DNA from: Mobula hypostoma
Lineage: Eukaryota
NCBI RefSeq assembly: GCF_963921235.1
Contig: NC_086097.1
Location: forward strand, 202,060,001-202,124,000
DNA length: 64,000 nucleotides
Reading direction: 5' to 3'
In this document: piece after piece, positions 50,876-63,652 of the stretch
How positions within the stretch are numbered: the stretch's first letter is position 1
Layout: each line of letters opens with the position of its first letter
The notes under the pieces: model-generated
Seen by the model: the letters and a program-made list of their open reading frames with translations, nothing else
What the model was told of the DNA's origin: nothing
Database searches by the model: none
Program-made: the position numbers and the translations under genes

Positions 50876-51483
50876 AACCATTACTTCAGCTGTGAATGCT
50901 AAGGTCAAGCATCATTTGGAATATTATGTTTTATTTTGGCCTCTGAATCTCTGCAAAGGTATTATTGCCTTTGGAAGGAGATTGAGGGAGTGAGTTACCA
51001 TGCACGTTCACCAGAATTATATCAGGAATCAAAACATAAATTAATATGGAATTTTAGCTTTGTTTAAAAAGTTGAGGGATTATCTGAATATATTCTTTAC
51101 AATGAGAAAGGAATTCAATAGGCTAGAGATGGGCTAACTATTTTCCCTGTTGGGGCCATCCAAAATATCAGGAAAAAAAGTAGAGTAGACTATTTGGCTG
51201 AGAAATCAGGACAGCAATTTTTTTTCCAAAATGGTAAAGGGCAGTCTGAAATTTGCTTCTAAAGGAGTATGAGAATTTTCGATCAACTGTAAGAATAAAA
51301 TCAGATATTTTCTAGCTAAGGGTATGAAAAGGCAGGTAAATAAAAGATAAAATGCAGATCCATCGAAGTTCTACACAGTGGTCTCATTCAGGAGGATAGT
51401 CAAACCAGAATGTAATGAGTAGAAAATCTCACAGTGCAACAATGAACATGAAAAAAGTTAAAAATAAAAAATGATTCAAAATA

Positions 51484-52341
51484 AAGTGGATTCTGGTTAA
51501 TTGGGACACATTGGGACCTGTACATTTTGGGCCAATTAAGCAGCTGACCCAATTAGCCGAAGTTTCATGGAAATAGTTTAAAAGGTATAAAAAGAAAAAC
51601 TACTGTTTAAATGAGTAACAAACTATGTATTTAAATGAAATACAGAACAAATTAGAACACTCAATACTACGACAGCATTATAAAACTGTGTATTAGTTCC
51701 TAACAGTTATCGACAGAGGAATTCACCCAGTATATGCTGCCATGTTCTTTAGTTTGACTGTAAATGAACAGAATCAGCAATTGATTCCTGGTGTTCAGCA
51801 ATTAGATACCTAGTGCAGATAATGAGCGGTCTTCATACAATGGCATCAGCAATTACATCCTCCAAATCTTCATTTTCAGTAACATTCAAAATGATTTTCG
51901 ATGCCTTTAAATTCTTTGTAACCTCCTAACTTGTTGAAGGAGTGGAATCGTTTCATTTTCACTCCTGGCTGTTTCTGGCATCTCTAAGCCTGAATGCTTG
52001 AAACCTTAGTGAGTGGTTTCTGAATTGTCTTACTGCTTATTTCTCGCTAACTATCAGTAACAAAAATCACTGCTTTTTGAACACAAACACATGCAACTGA
52101 TGCCATTAAAAAACTGCTCACTCTAAGCATGGTATAGTGTTAAAGGCCACACAAGAGCATCTGACTGACACGAATTAGAAACTATTCAGCAACAGGCTCC
52201 TGCCCCAACTAAGCAGCACAGTGTCGCAAATAAACTAAGGGAATCACAGCTATTTTCTTGATTAGTTTTTATTCTTTAGGAGCTTGCCAAAATAAGCAGC
52301 TGCCCCAATTAGCCAATTGACCGATTAACCAGCATCTACTG
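51484..52341. mobile_element. pogo/Tigger-like non-autonomous DNA transposon
   Basis: TIRs AGTGGATTCTGGTTAATTGG and CCGATTAACCAGCATCTACTG, flanked by TA. Confidence 0.75.
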
Positions 52342-53549
52342 TAATTGGAATAGACTTCAAAAAAGCTAATATTTAAAATTTTAAAAGCTTTCAAAACTAT
52401 AACAAGATATAAAAGAAAACAAAAATAACACCACATTCATATCTCTGTGCCATTAGTTTTGGAGAAATTTTAGGCCATCATTTGTGAGGCATGGAGCCCA
52501 GAGTAATTTGACATAAGAGGTGAAATAGACACTGGACAAACCCACACTCATACACTCTCATGTGGTAAGGATGTGACAAAATCAAAGTTAATTTTATTAT
52601 CAGAGTTCATATATGTTACCACAAAAAACCTGAAGATTTATCTTCCCGTGGGCATACTCAGCAAATCTATAGAATACTAACTATAACAAGATCAATGAAA
52701 GATCAAGTAGAGTGCAGAAGACAACAAACTGTTTAAATACAAATATAAATAAATAGCAACAAATAACAAGAACATGAAACAACAAGATAAAGAGTCCTTA
52801 AAGAGAGATCCTTGGTTACCGGAACAGCTCAATGGAGGGGCAAGTGAATGTAGTTATCCCTTTTTGTTAAGAGTCTTGAATCTGGTGCTGCAAGTCCTGA
52901 GGCTCTTGTACCTTCTACCTGATGGCAGCAGCGAGAAAAGAGCTTGCCCTGGGTGGTGAGGATCTCTGATGATGGATTCTGCTTTCCTTTGAAAGTGTTT
53001 CAAGTAGATGTGCTCAATGGTTGGGAGGGCTTTACATGTGGTGTACTGGGCCAAATCCACTAACTTTTGCAGGATTTTCCATTCAAAAGCATTGGTGTAT
53101 CTATATCAGGCCATAATGCAGCCAATCCACTGTACATCTATAGAAGTTTATCAGAGTTTTTGATGTCATGCCCAATCTCCGCAAACTCTAAAGGAAGTAG
53201 AGGTATTGCCATGCTTTCTTCACAATTGCATTTACATGCTGGGTCCAGGACAGGTCCTCTGAAATAGTAACACCCAGGAATTTAAAGTTGCTAAGCCTCT
53301 CCACCTCTGATGAGGACTGGCTCATGGACCTCTGGTTTCCCTCTCCTGAAGTCAACAATCAGTTCCTTAGTCTTGCTGACATTGAGTGAGAGACTATTGT
53401 TTTGACACCACTCAGCCAAATTTTCAATCTCCCTCCTGTATGCTGATTCATCACCACCTTTGATATGGCCCACAACAGTGGTGTCATCAACAAACTTAAA
53501 TATGATAGTGGAGCTGCGGTTAGCCACACAGTCATAGACGTAAGGCGAG

Positions 53550-55518
53550 ATATAGGGAGATGCTATGGATACGATGGGGGTTGAGGACCTTGATACAATA
53601 GCTATCACTAAAGAGGTAGTGCTGAGCAAACTTGTGGGCCTGAAGAGAGACAAGTCCCCATATTCTGATGGTATACATCCTAGGGTAGTGTTGGTGCGTG
53701 ACCAAGTGGTTAAAGCGTTGATCTAGTGATCTGAAGGTCGCTATTTCGAGCCTCAGCTGAGGCAATGTGTTGTGTCCTTGAACAAGGCACTTAACCACAC
53801 ATTGCTCTGCAATGACACCACTGCCAAGCTGTATCGGCCCTAGTGCCCTTCCCTTGGACAACATCTGTGACACGGAGAGGGGAGACATGCAGCATGGGCA
53901 ACTGTCGGTCTTCCGTACAACCTTGCCCAGGCCTGCGCCCTGGAAACTTTCCAAGGCACAAATCCATGGTCTCACGAGACTAACGGATGCCTATACATCC
54001 TAGAGTATTGAAAGAAATGGCAGAAGTTACAGTAGAGGCTTTGGTAATAACTTACCAAAAATCTCCGGATTCTGGGCAGGTCCTGGCAGATTGGAAGAAG
54101 GTGAATGTCACGCCACTGTTCAAAAGAATTTATGTAGGCAAAAGGCAGGTAGGTATAGGCCTGATAGTTTAACATTTGTAGCTGGGAAAATGCTTGAAGC
54201 TATCATTAAAGAAGAAATAGCGAGGCATCTGGAAAGAAATGGATCCATCAGGCAAATGCAGCATGGATTCAGCAAAGGCAGGTCCTGTTTGACAAACTTA
54301 CTAGAGTTCTTTGAGGATATAACGAGCGCAGTGGATAGAGGGGAACAGATGGACATCGATAAGGTGTCGCATAAAAAACTTATCCATAAGATAAGGATGA
54401 TGGGGATGATGTATTAGCATGGATAAAGGATTGATTAACTCATAGAAAGCAGAGAGTTAGGATACATGGGTACTAGTCTGGTTGGCAATCAGTGGTGAGT
54501 GGTGTGCTGCTGGGGTCAGTGCTGGGCCTGCAACTGTTCACAATACACATTAATGATCTGAAAGAGGGGACCGAGTGTAATGTATCTAAGTTTGCTGATG
54601 ATACTAAGTTGGGTGGAAAAGCAAATTGTGCAGAAGACATGGAGAGTCTGCAATGATATGGATAGGGTAAGTGACTGAGCAAGAGTCTGGCAGATGGAGT
54701 ACAATGTTGGTAAATGCGAGGTCATCCACTTTGGAAGGAGAAATGAAAGAGCAGATTATTATTTAAATGGTAAAAGATTGCAGCATGCTGCTGTGCAGAG
54801 AGACTTGGGAGTACTTGTGCATGAAACACAAAAAGGTTGGTTTGTAGGTGCAGCTGGCTATCAAGAAGGCAAATGGAATGTTGGCCTTCATTGCTAGAGG
54901 GATTGAATTTAAGAGCTAGGAGTTTACGCTGAAACTGTACAGGGTAATGTTGAGGCCACAGCTGGAGTACTGCATGCAGTTCTGGTCTCCTTACTTGAGG
55001 AAGGATATACTGGCTTTGGAGGCAGTGCAGAGGAAATTCACCAGGTTGGTTCCAGAGATGAGGGGGTTGGACTATGAGGAGAGATTGAGTCACCTGGGAC
55101 TGTACTTGCTGGAATTCAGAAGAATGAGAGGAAGATCTTATAGAAACATATCTAATTATGAAAGGGATAGACAAGATAAAGGCAGGAAAGTTGTTTCCAC
55201 TGGTAGGTGAGACAAGAACTAGGGACATAGCCTCAAGATTCAGAGAAATAGATTTAGGACAGGTGTGAGGAGGAACTGCTTTTCCCAGAGAGTGGTGACT
55301 CTGTGGAATTCTCTTCCCAATGAAGCAGTGGAGGCTACCCCAGTAAATGTATTTAATGTTGGATATATGTTTTCATAGTAGGGGAATTAAGGGTTATGGG
55401 GCAAAGGCAGGTAGGTGGAGATGAGTCCATGGCCAGATCAACCATGATCTTATTGAATGGCAGAACAGGCTTGACAGGTCAGATGACCTACTCCCGCTCC
55501 TACTTCTTATGTTCTTAT
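53550..55518 (+). mobile_element. CR1 ORF2 3' half
   Basis: HPRVLKE, QHGFSKGRSCLTNLLEFFE, FADD and a TTCTTATG tail. Confidence 0.9.
53688..53991 (+). mobile_element. tRNA-derived CORE-like SINE, copy 3
   Basis: TSD TATACATCCTAG (53672-53683, 53992-54003). Confidence 0.9.
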
Positions 55519-57405
55519 GAGTAGAGCAGGGCCTAAGCACACAACCCTGTGATACACCTGTGCCGATGGAGATCGTGGAGGAGATGTTTTTGCCAGTCCA
55601 AACTGACTGGGGTCTACAAGTGAGGAAATCCAGAATCCAATTGCACAAGAAGGTATTGGCGCCAAGGTCTTAGACCTCATTGATTAGTTTTGAGGGAATA
55701 ATGGTATTAAATGCTGAGCTGTAATTAATAAAGAGCATCCTGATGTATGCATCTTACCTTTGTGAGAAATGGAGAGCTGAAAAGGAAGAAAAACTAGGAC
55801 TCTTAGTGGATGATATTTTCTACTTTTAGGGCTCTAGGGCATGTTATATTATTTCTCAGCCTGCAGCAATAGCATTAAATTTCTTCACAAACCACTAATG
55901 CTTACTAACCCACTCTCTGAAATCTAGCCATGAGCCTAACATGAGTAGATAATGGCCACCTTACCTCAGGAAGCTGAGCTGGACATGATGTGGGGTGGGG
56001 GTGGTGTATAATATTCTACCCTGTGTCTGTAGAGGCCAGAAAGTAAAACATTCCACACTATAATTCTAAAGTGTACAGCTGCCAAATCTTTAAATTAGCT
56101 TCTACCCACAATCTTCTTTTTACCAATCTGCACTTACAGAAAAATGAAATATGATATGGGCAACACAGTAATAACCACTAAATGATGCCGAATTATTTTG
56201 ACAATTCATCTTGCAATTCATTATCACCAAAACTAAAAATGTTTGCTAAAATAAATTGACATAAATTACAGACATCTACTATACAAAGCTGACAGAAGAT
56301 AGCAAGTTTTTAAGTGCAATTATATGACTCAGGTTCTAAAGGTCAAGTTCCGTGCTTGCATCTTTTCACATCAGCACTCTTTTCCTTGAATAAGAGGCTA
56401 TCATTTTATATATGTCTTTTCTCTACTAATTAAACAGGAACCTATGATAATCTCCTATGTGTGAGATAAACGATATTTCTATATACTAATCCTCAGTAAT
56501 CTTGATATATTTAAGATTCCCAGATTGGAGGGCTTGAGTTATAAGGAGAGACTGGATAGATTGGAACTGTTTCCCTGAAGCCAAGTAGGCTGAGGAATGA
56601 TCTTAGAGGTTTATACAATCATTTGGGATGTATATAAGTTGAATAGTCACAGTTATTTACCCAGGATAGGGAAGTCAAAAGCCAGAGGAGAAAGATTTAA
56701 AATGAGAGGGGTAAGATTTAAAGGGGACTTGACAGGCAAGTTTGGAATTCAAATATAAATTGGTCGATTATTGCCGCATGCACTGAGATACAGTGAAAAT
56801 CTTGTCTTGCATACTGTTCATAGAAATCAAATAATTACAAAGCGCACTTGAGTAGTACGCGGTAAAATAATAACAGAATGCAGAATAAAGTGCAACAACT
56901 ACAGAGAAAGTGCAGTGCCAGTAGACAATAAGGTGCGAGATCATAATGATGTCAATTGCAGGGACAAGAGTCCTTATTGTCATACTGGGGAACCATTCAA
57001 TAGTCTTATAACAACAGGGTAGAAACTGTCCTTAAGCTGGGTGGGATATGATTTCAGGCTTTTTATCTTCTACACGATGAGGGAGTGGAGAAGAGAATGT
57101 CCGTGGTGGCGGCTTTACAGGGACAGCAAAAATAATAGAGAGTCCAAAGAGGGGAGGCTGGTTACTGTGATGTGCTGAGCTGTGTCCACAACTCTCTGCA
57201 GTTTCTTGTGGTCATGGGCAGACCAGTTTCCACGCCAAGCCAAGATGCATCCCAATAGGATGCTTTCTGTGGAGCATGGATAAAAATTGCTGAGTGTTGA
57301 CAGGGACATGTCAAATTTCTTAATCCTCCTGAGGAAGTGGAGGCATTACTTAGCTTTCTTGGCTGTGACATCGACGTGATTGGACAAGGACAGGCTATTG
57401 GTGAT

Positions 57406-57598
57406 TTTTTTTTGTTTGTCTCCGCACCTTGTGGTGTAACCTTGCCGTTTCTTTAGCATTTGTCTGTTTTTTAGGAGGCTGAGTTGCTAGCTTGATGTTC
57501 AATCCAGCACAGATGGAAAGTGAGCAAGTAGCTAGTCAGATTCAAACCCAGGACTGCTCATCTTGAAGTCCAGTGCAGATGCCACTACACCACCAGCC
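57406..57598 (-). mobile_element. tRNA-derived SINE with poly(A) tail (second family)
   Basis: Head GGCTGGTGGTGTAGTGG...GGTTTGAATC; TSD GGCTATTGGT(G/A)AT (57393-57405, 57599-57611). Confidence 0.85.
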
Positions 57599-58086
57599 GG
57601 CTATTGGTAATATTAAGTCAAAGGAACTTGAAGCTCTGAAACTCAGCACTGCTAATGAAGACAGGAGCACATGCACCATCCCCCTTCCTGAAGTTTAGGA
57701 CCAGCTCTTTCGTTTTACTGTCTTGACACCATGTTATTAAGCTTCTTCCTGTACTCCAACATCGTTATTTGAGATATGGTCCACTATGATGGTATCATCA
57801 GCAAATTAGTAGATGGAGTTAGTGCCAAATCTGAACACGTAGTCATGTGTGTATAGGTAGTAAAGTACAGATAGGGGATGCAACTTCAAGGAGCACCAGT
57901 GTTAAAGGGATAATCATGGCAGATGTATTGCTGTCCATCCTTACTAATTATGGTCTGTTTGTCAGGAAGTCATGGATCCAGTTGCAGAGGAACTTGTTGA
58001 CTCTCAGGTTTCAGAATTTGTTGATAAGCTTAGTTGGAGTTATGGTATTGAAGGCAGAGCTGTAGTCAATAAATAATAGCTTAATG

Positions 58087-58321
58087 CGAACGCAAGAGAT
58101 TCTACAAATGCTGGAAATCTTGAGCAACACATGAAAAATACTGGGGGAGCTCAACAAGTCAGGCAGCACCCAGGGAGGGGAACAAACAATCAGTGATTCA
58201 GGCCAAGATGCTTATCATGAGTCCTGATGAAGTGTCTCAGTCCAAAATGTCGACTCTTTATTCCCCTCCATAGATGCTGTGTGGCCTGCCAAGTTCCTCT
58301 AGCATTTTGTGTGTGCTGCTC
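58087..58321. mobile_element. PLE-terminus fold-back mini-element
   Basis: Two inverted PLE termini meeting at a degenerate hammerhead; probable TSD AATAG(CT/TC)TAATG. Confidence 0.75.
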
Positions 58322-58364
58322 AATAGTCTAATGTAGGTGTCTTTACTGTCCAGATGCTCTAGGG

Positions 58365-59116
58365 CAGGCGTTCCCAACTTTTTTTATGCCATGGAACCTT
58401 ACCATTAGATTATGAGAACACACAGTCCTCTTTTATTGTCATTTAGAAATGCATACACATATTAAGAAATGATACAATGTTCCTCCAGAGTGATATCACA
58501 GAAAAACAGGACAAACCAAAGACTAACACTGACAGAACCACATAATTATAACATATAGTTACAGCAGTGCAAAACAATGCCATAATTTGATAAAGAACAG
58601 ACCATGAGCACAGTAAAAAAAAGTCTCAAGTCTTGATTGGCTCCCGAGTCCCTGATAGCAGGCGGCAAAAGGGAGAAACTCCCTGCCATAAACCTCCAGG
58701 CACCGACAACTGCCAATGCATTGGAAGCAGCCAACGACGAGTCCGTCCATCCGAAAACTTCCAGCCTCCGACCAGCCCCTCCGATACAGCCTCTCGAGCA
58801 CCATCCTCTGCCGAGCGCCTTCGACCTAACTCCGGCCACTGAAACAAGCAAAGCTGAGGATTCGGGGCCTTCTGCTCCGGAGATTCCAGTTACCACACAG
58901 TAACAGCGGCAGCGAAGTGGGCATTTCAAGAGTTTCTCCAGATGTTCCTCCGTGCTCTCACGTCTGTCTCTATCAAATCAGAATTGTGCACGGTACCCTA
59001 CTTGACAGATTACCGATATCATTCACCAGAGAGGCCGTGTGCGCTGCATCGCGCCGCCATCTTCTCCTCCTCCTCATTAACCGAGGGGTCTGTGGATCCC
59101 AGGCTGGGAACCCCTG
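58365..59116. mobile_element. hAT/Charlie-type MITE with an internal insertion
   Basis: TIRs CAGGCGTTCCCAAC and GCTGGGAACCCCTG; 8-bp flanks CTCTAGGG and CTCTAGAA. Confidence 0.8.
58408..59074 (-). mobile_element. Non-autonomous LINE-derived (bipartite) retroposon
   Basis: 5' end GAGGAGAAGATGGCGGCG, 3' end ACAATAAAAGAGG...; TSD CATTA; no ORF. Confidence 0.7.
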
Positions 59117-59420
59117 CTCTAGAAGTCCAGGGACATTGCGGCTGCCATAGATCAATTTCGGCAAAGGCAAATTGCAGTGAGCCATGGTTATCTGAGAAAC
59201 AGGAATTAATGCGTGCCATGACCAACCTCTTGAAGCTCTTTATAATGGTACATGTAGTTATTAAGACACATTACCTCGTTTTTCTTAGGTATGGGGATGG
59301 TAGTGGCTCTTTTATAGCAGGTGGGAACCTGATAATGAAGCAGGATATCACACAACATTGGATATATGGATTAAGCTGCCAGAGGAAGTAGAAGAAACAG
59401 CTAAAATTACAATGCTAAAA

Positions 59421-60265
59421 GGGTTCAAAGGTTCATTTATTATCAAAGCATGTATCCACATACAACTCTGAAATTCGTCTTCTCCAGATAGCCACAAAAC
59501 AAAGAAAGAACATGAAAGTCATTCAGAGAGAAACATCAAACCCACCACCTCCCCCCCCAACACAAAAAAGAACGGCGTCCTGATCATCAACACCCCGCTG
59601 CAAAATGCCCCTTGTCCTCGCACAAAATGGAACAGGAACATCAACCCCCAAAAAACAACCCCTCCCCTGCACAAAAAACTAACAGAACATCAACCCCCAA
59701 ACACCCTCCCCTCACACAACAAAACTGAAAAGGAACGAACAATAAAAAAGCTCTGAATACAAAAAATTCAGAGTCCATAAGTGCAATAGTCCAATCCATA
59801 AATGCAGAACCATGATACCATCCTACAATATCACCAAGATTCATCGAAAGACAGCAACCCACACAGTGATAGGCTGCTCGCAGACTCCGTCTCCAGCAGC
59901 AGTTAAATGGCAGGCAGATGGCGCTGAAACTCCTGCTCACCTTCTGCATTCAGTTCGATGTCTCAATCTTCCTCAACACTTTAATCGGCGAAATGGAGTC
60001 GAACATTGGCTCACACCCCGTCTTGAAGCTTCTTAGCATCAGGGCTGTTCAAATACATGCTCGCTTCCCTGAATCTTTCTGGAGATAGCAAAGCACTGGA
60101 TCACTCAAGCAATCTCCAAACTGTAAATCACAGGCTTTAACAGTCCCAGAAACACATCTGAGGTGAGAAACAGATGTAAGAGAAGTAAAAAAGGACATTT
60201 TTGTGGGCTGTCTGGAAGATGTTCACCAAGGGAGCATTGAACACTGGCGCCATCTTGACCAGAAA
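59421..60265 (-). mobile_element. Non-autonomous LINE-derived retroposon, second type
   Basis: 5' end TTTCTGGTCAAGATGGCGCC; 3' end ATAATAAATGAACCTTTGAACC. Confidence 0.6.
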
Positions 60266-60608
60266 GAGAAAAGTAGTTTAAGACATTTAGACAGGAAATG
60301 TTTAGAAGATCTCAGCCAAATGAGATTAGCATGGATAGGAATCCGGGTCAGTTTGGGTGAGTTGGGCTGAAGAGCTCATATCCATGCTCTATAACTCTAT
60401 GACTAACAAAATAGGCTTTTAAAATCCCATTTTTTGAGAACACATTCTGTTTGCTGGAATTTAAAAACAGAATTTCTTAAATTTTATCTGCACTGTAAAA
60501 CAATATTACCAGTGTTGCTGAATGATTTGGGACACTGGATGGAAGAAAATCAGTTTGATAGAAAGCTGACACTTAGGGCAATATTCTTTTCTTTTGAAGA
60601 TTTGAATT

Positions 60609-61200
60609 AGTGGTTGGCAATCGTCTGTCTTGAAGGACAATGGGTGACAATCATCATCATCACAAGCATGGGCGGAAGGTATGGAGATCCTGAGATACCC
60701 AGTCGTCAAGATCCACCTCTCGGCCTCACCAGTGCAGTCCAAATGAAAGCTTATGATGACACCAGCTTGGCTGAAGAAGGATGTTCAATGACGTCCAGCC
60801 ACCTTAGGGGTTCACCCCGGATTTGCTGTCTGGATTTACTCCCGTAACCTTCGTCTCTCCCGAGGCTGCCCATAAGACAGTGGGGCTATTTACCCATAGC
60901 TGGGGATCTGGTTCATGAGCACGAGGGAGTGTCCACACACCAGTGGGCCTGTGTGCTACCTGTGTAGGGGCCAGACCACCTCCCTGTCATCTGTAGTTCA
61001 GCCCGAGTCTGAAAGGAGTTCAGTTTCTGCATGTCGCCAGCGAGGAAGCACTACATGAGGCCAGCTGTTGTAGAGGCTATGTACTGGCAGGGAGAGACTC
61101 TCCTTTTTGCAAGGCTGCTAGCCAGCAGTGAAAGCTGAAAGTGGGAGTGACAAGCACTACCCATACACTACCACACTAGACGCATCACAACAACCATTTT
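60609..61200. mobile_element. Unclassified ~590-bp retroposon-like insertion
   Basis: TSD AAGATTTGAATT (60597-60608, 61201-61212). Confidence 0.7.
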
Positions 61201-61892
61201 AAGATTTGAATTCCATGCACTCACCACTACCCTGCCAGCCCACTGAATGTCCCTCCTGCCACCTTCATTGTCCATTTGTAGTAAAGGACAAGTGCTGATA
61301 GTTAACGTTAAAGAAAAGCAAGAAAGAAATGTTAACATTAACTGTTCTAGTAAATTATGAATTTACAGGGGATTTTTCTAGTTAGATAGTGCTAAAATAC
61401 AGTGATTACAGGAGTTAAAAGAATTGATAGTAAACAGTTTCATGAACCCTATGCTCATGAGCAATAGCAGACCAAATTACTGAGAGCTTGTTGTTGGAAG
61501 CCTCAGGCAGGCAGTGATGATTTGTTATCTTGCACGGCATTAGTCAGACTTAAAGATAATGGTCTCAGGCAGGTCTCGTTAAATCTTCTTTCTTTGTTCC
61601 AAAAGGCACGCACTTCCCACCACATTAATAACTTCATTTGATGTTGATTTTGCTCTATAAATTAAGTGCAGTCGCTTTTCATGAATTCCTGGAAAGAGTA
61701 TAAAATATGGCATTATTCCTGACCTTTGAAACCATTTGTAAGGCTAGCTGCACGTGCATCTTATGAGGTTACCAAATTCAGAATACTTTTGCACTTGGTT
61801 GGCTTATCGATTCACTGGACAAATTTAATGAAAAATAACCTCCTTAATGAGCCTTTCACAAAAGATAACAATAACTATATTTAATGAAGGAA

Positions 61893-62034
61893 CACAAGAG
61901 ATTTTGCAGATGCTAGAAATGCAGAGCAACACATACAAAAAGCTGGAGGAACCATCAGGTTAGGCAGCATCTATAGTTGCCATCTGTTTTTATGTATTGT
62001 GCTAATTTACTTTGCTGAGTTTTGTGTGTGTTGC
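61893..62034. mobile_element. PLE-terminus fold-back mini-element (142 bp)
   Basis: Perfect TSD TTAATGAAGGAA (61881-61892, 62035-62046); inverted AGCAACACATACAAAA / TTTTGTGTGTGTTGCT. Confidence 0.8.
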
Positions 62035-62134
62035 TTAATGAAGGAAGTCAAGATCCCCGGATAAATGATGTTGTGGAGAACAATTACAAATGCTTCCATA
62101 TAATTCCATATTAAAATTTTCTAAGTGCAAAAGA

Positions 62135-62372
62135 CAGGGTATGCGTTTAGCGTAATGCCATTACTGAGCCAGTGACATGGATTTGATTCCCGCCGCTGTA
62201 TATAAGGAGTTTGTGCTTTCACCCTGTGACTGCATGGGTTTCCTCCAGGTGCTCCGGTTTCCTTCCACATTCCAAAGATGTACAGGTTAGTCGGTAGTTT
62301 GGTCACATGGGTGTAAATGAGCAGCATGCAATTGTTGGGCTGTAAAGGCCTGTTCTTATGCTGTATCTCTAC
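62135..62372 (+). mobile_element. V-SINE (HE1-like)
   Basis: tRNA-like head plus GGGTTTCCTCCAGGTGCTCCGGTTTCCTTCCACATTCCAAAGA. Confidence 0.85.
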
Positions 62373-63009
62373 GAACCGATTTCCAACAATCACTGATTTC
62401 AAAATATACATCTATACAGCTGGGACAATATTATGGACAATGAAATACCTCTGAAATTACAAACTGTTATTCTAAGCAGGTGCTACACCTTTCCCAAGGG
62501 TGACCTGCAGGCTAGTGGAGGGAAGGAGTGCTTTACACCTCCTTTGATAGAGACATATCTGCACCCCGCCATGCAGAACATATAATCCAGGTAAGTTTAA
62601 GAAAGAACACAATATCTTCTATTGAGATAGAAACCCAAGGAATTCACCTTGGATTTCTTGGCATAAATCAGTGTATCATTTTACACAAATACTTGAATAT
62701 CTCCTCAACCAATTTGGCTCAGACTGTAATCAGTTGTTCAAGAGATCACAAGCTCACATGTCTAAATGGTCTAATGTCTAAATGTGGGCACAGTGTTTAA
62801 AGTGGTCAAGAACTGAACAAGTTTGACAAGTATTTCAGTACCTACAACAGCTGAGACAGCAGTCCTTTAAGGAGCCACTGGAGGCCACCGATAGCAAGTT
62901 AAACATATTTATTTAACTTAATGTGCTGCACCTGGCTTCACAGCGGCACCAAAACTGCTGCCTGGCTGTGTTCACTGCACACTTTCTATTCACCTGTCTG
63001 CCTCTCTAT

Positions 63010-63445
63010 CTGAAGCAGCCAATTTAGTTTCTGTTATAATTTTAGTTGTGCCAATCATTAAAATTCCTAAAGACCTTTTGTGCCTTTTACTTATTAACAT
63101 ATCTTTTACTCCATCTTTCCACTTCCCTCAGATTCCATATGCTTTCTTTTCTGTCCAATTTGCCATATGGGAATTCATCAAAAACCTTGCAAAAATGCAC
63201 GTGGACTCCATCAGCTGCCTCATATCAGTAACCTTACTTTGTTATCTCCTCAAAATTTCAGACAATCTTCAGAATTTCCATTTACAAGTTGACTATCAAT
63301 GACCAGTCTGCAACAATCCAACAATCTGTTAGATGTTGATTAACACTGTTCCACAGCAATTCTTTTCCAAAGCTTTCCCACCATTGATGTTAGACTTACT
63401 GGTCTGCAGTTACTTGATCTATCCTTTTCACCTTTTGCAAATGAC
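63010..63445 (-). mobile_element. Degenerate CR1 RT fragment
   Basis: Reverse NCRPVSLTSMVGK motif near 63370-63410. Confidence 0.6.
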
Positions 63446-63455
63446 AGAGAAGGAC

Positions 63456-63652
63456 TGTTGTGTTCTTTATATGTACCGTGGGTTACTAAGGACAAGTCAT
63501 ATTCTGGAAGAATTAAAACTAGAACTTTTATTTACAACAGCAAACAGCAACCACGTTTTTAACATACAGTTTCTAGATCATTCTATCATTTCCGCGCATG
63601 CTCCGAACTCTGTCCAATCACGTTCTTACAAGTGACACGTGATATCACCACA
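63456..63652 (-). mobile_element. 3' LTR of a Gypsy element (~197 bp)
   Basis: TG...CA ends with imperfect inverted termini and AATAAA; immediately preceded by the PPT AAGGAAAGGAAGA (63653-63665). Confidence 0.75.

Larger units (their letters stand above)
52580..55755 (-). mobile_element. Rex1/Babar LINE split by a CR1 insertion
   Basis: KFVDDTTVVG...LNVSKTKEL on the left and [13 protein letters not shown]...QGCVL on the right. Confidence 0.85.
56765..59345 (-). mobile_element. Rex1/Babar LINE hosting several nested insertions
   Basis: ESILLGCILAW and KKLQRVVDTAQHIT, with RT segments continuing to 59345. Confidence 0.8.
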
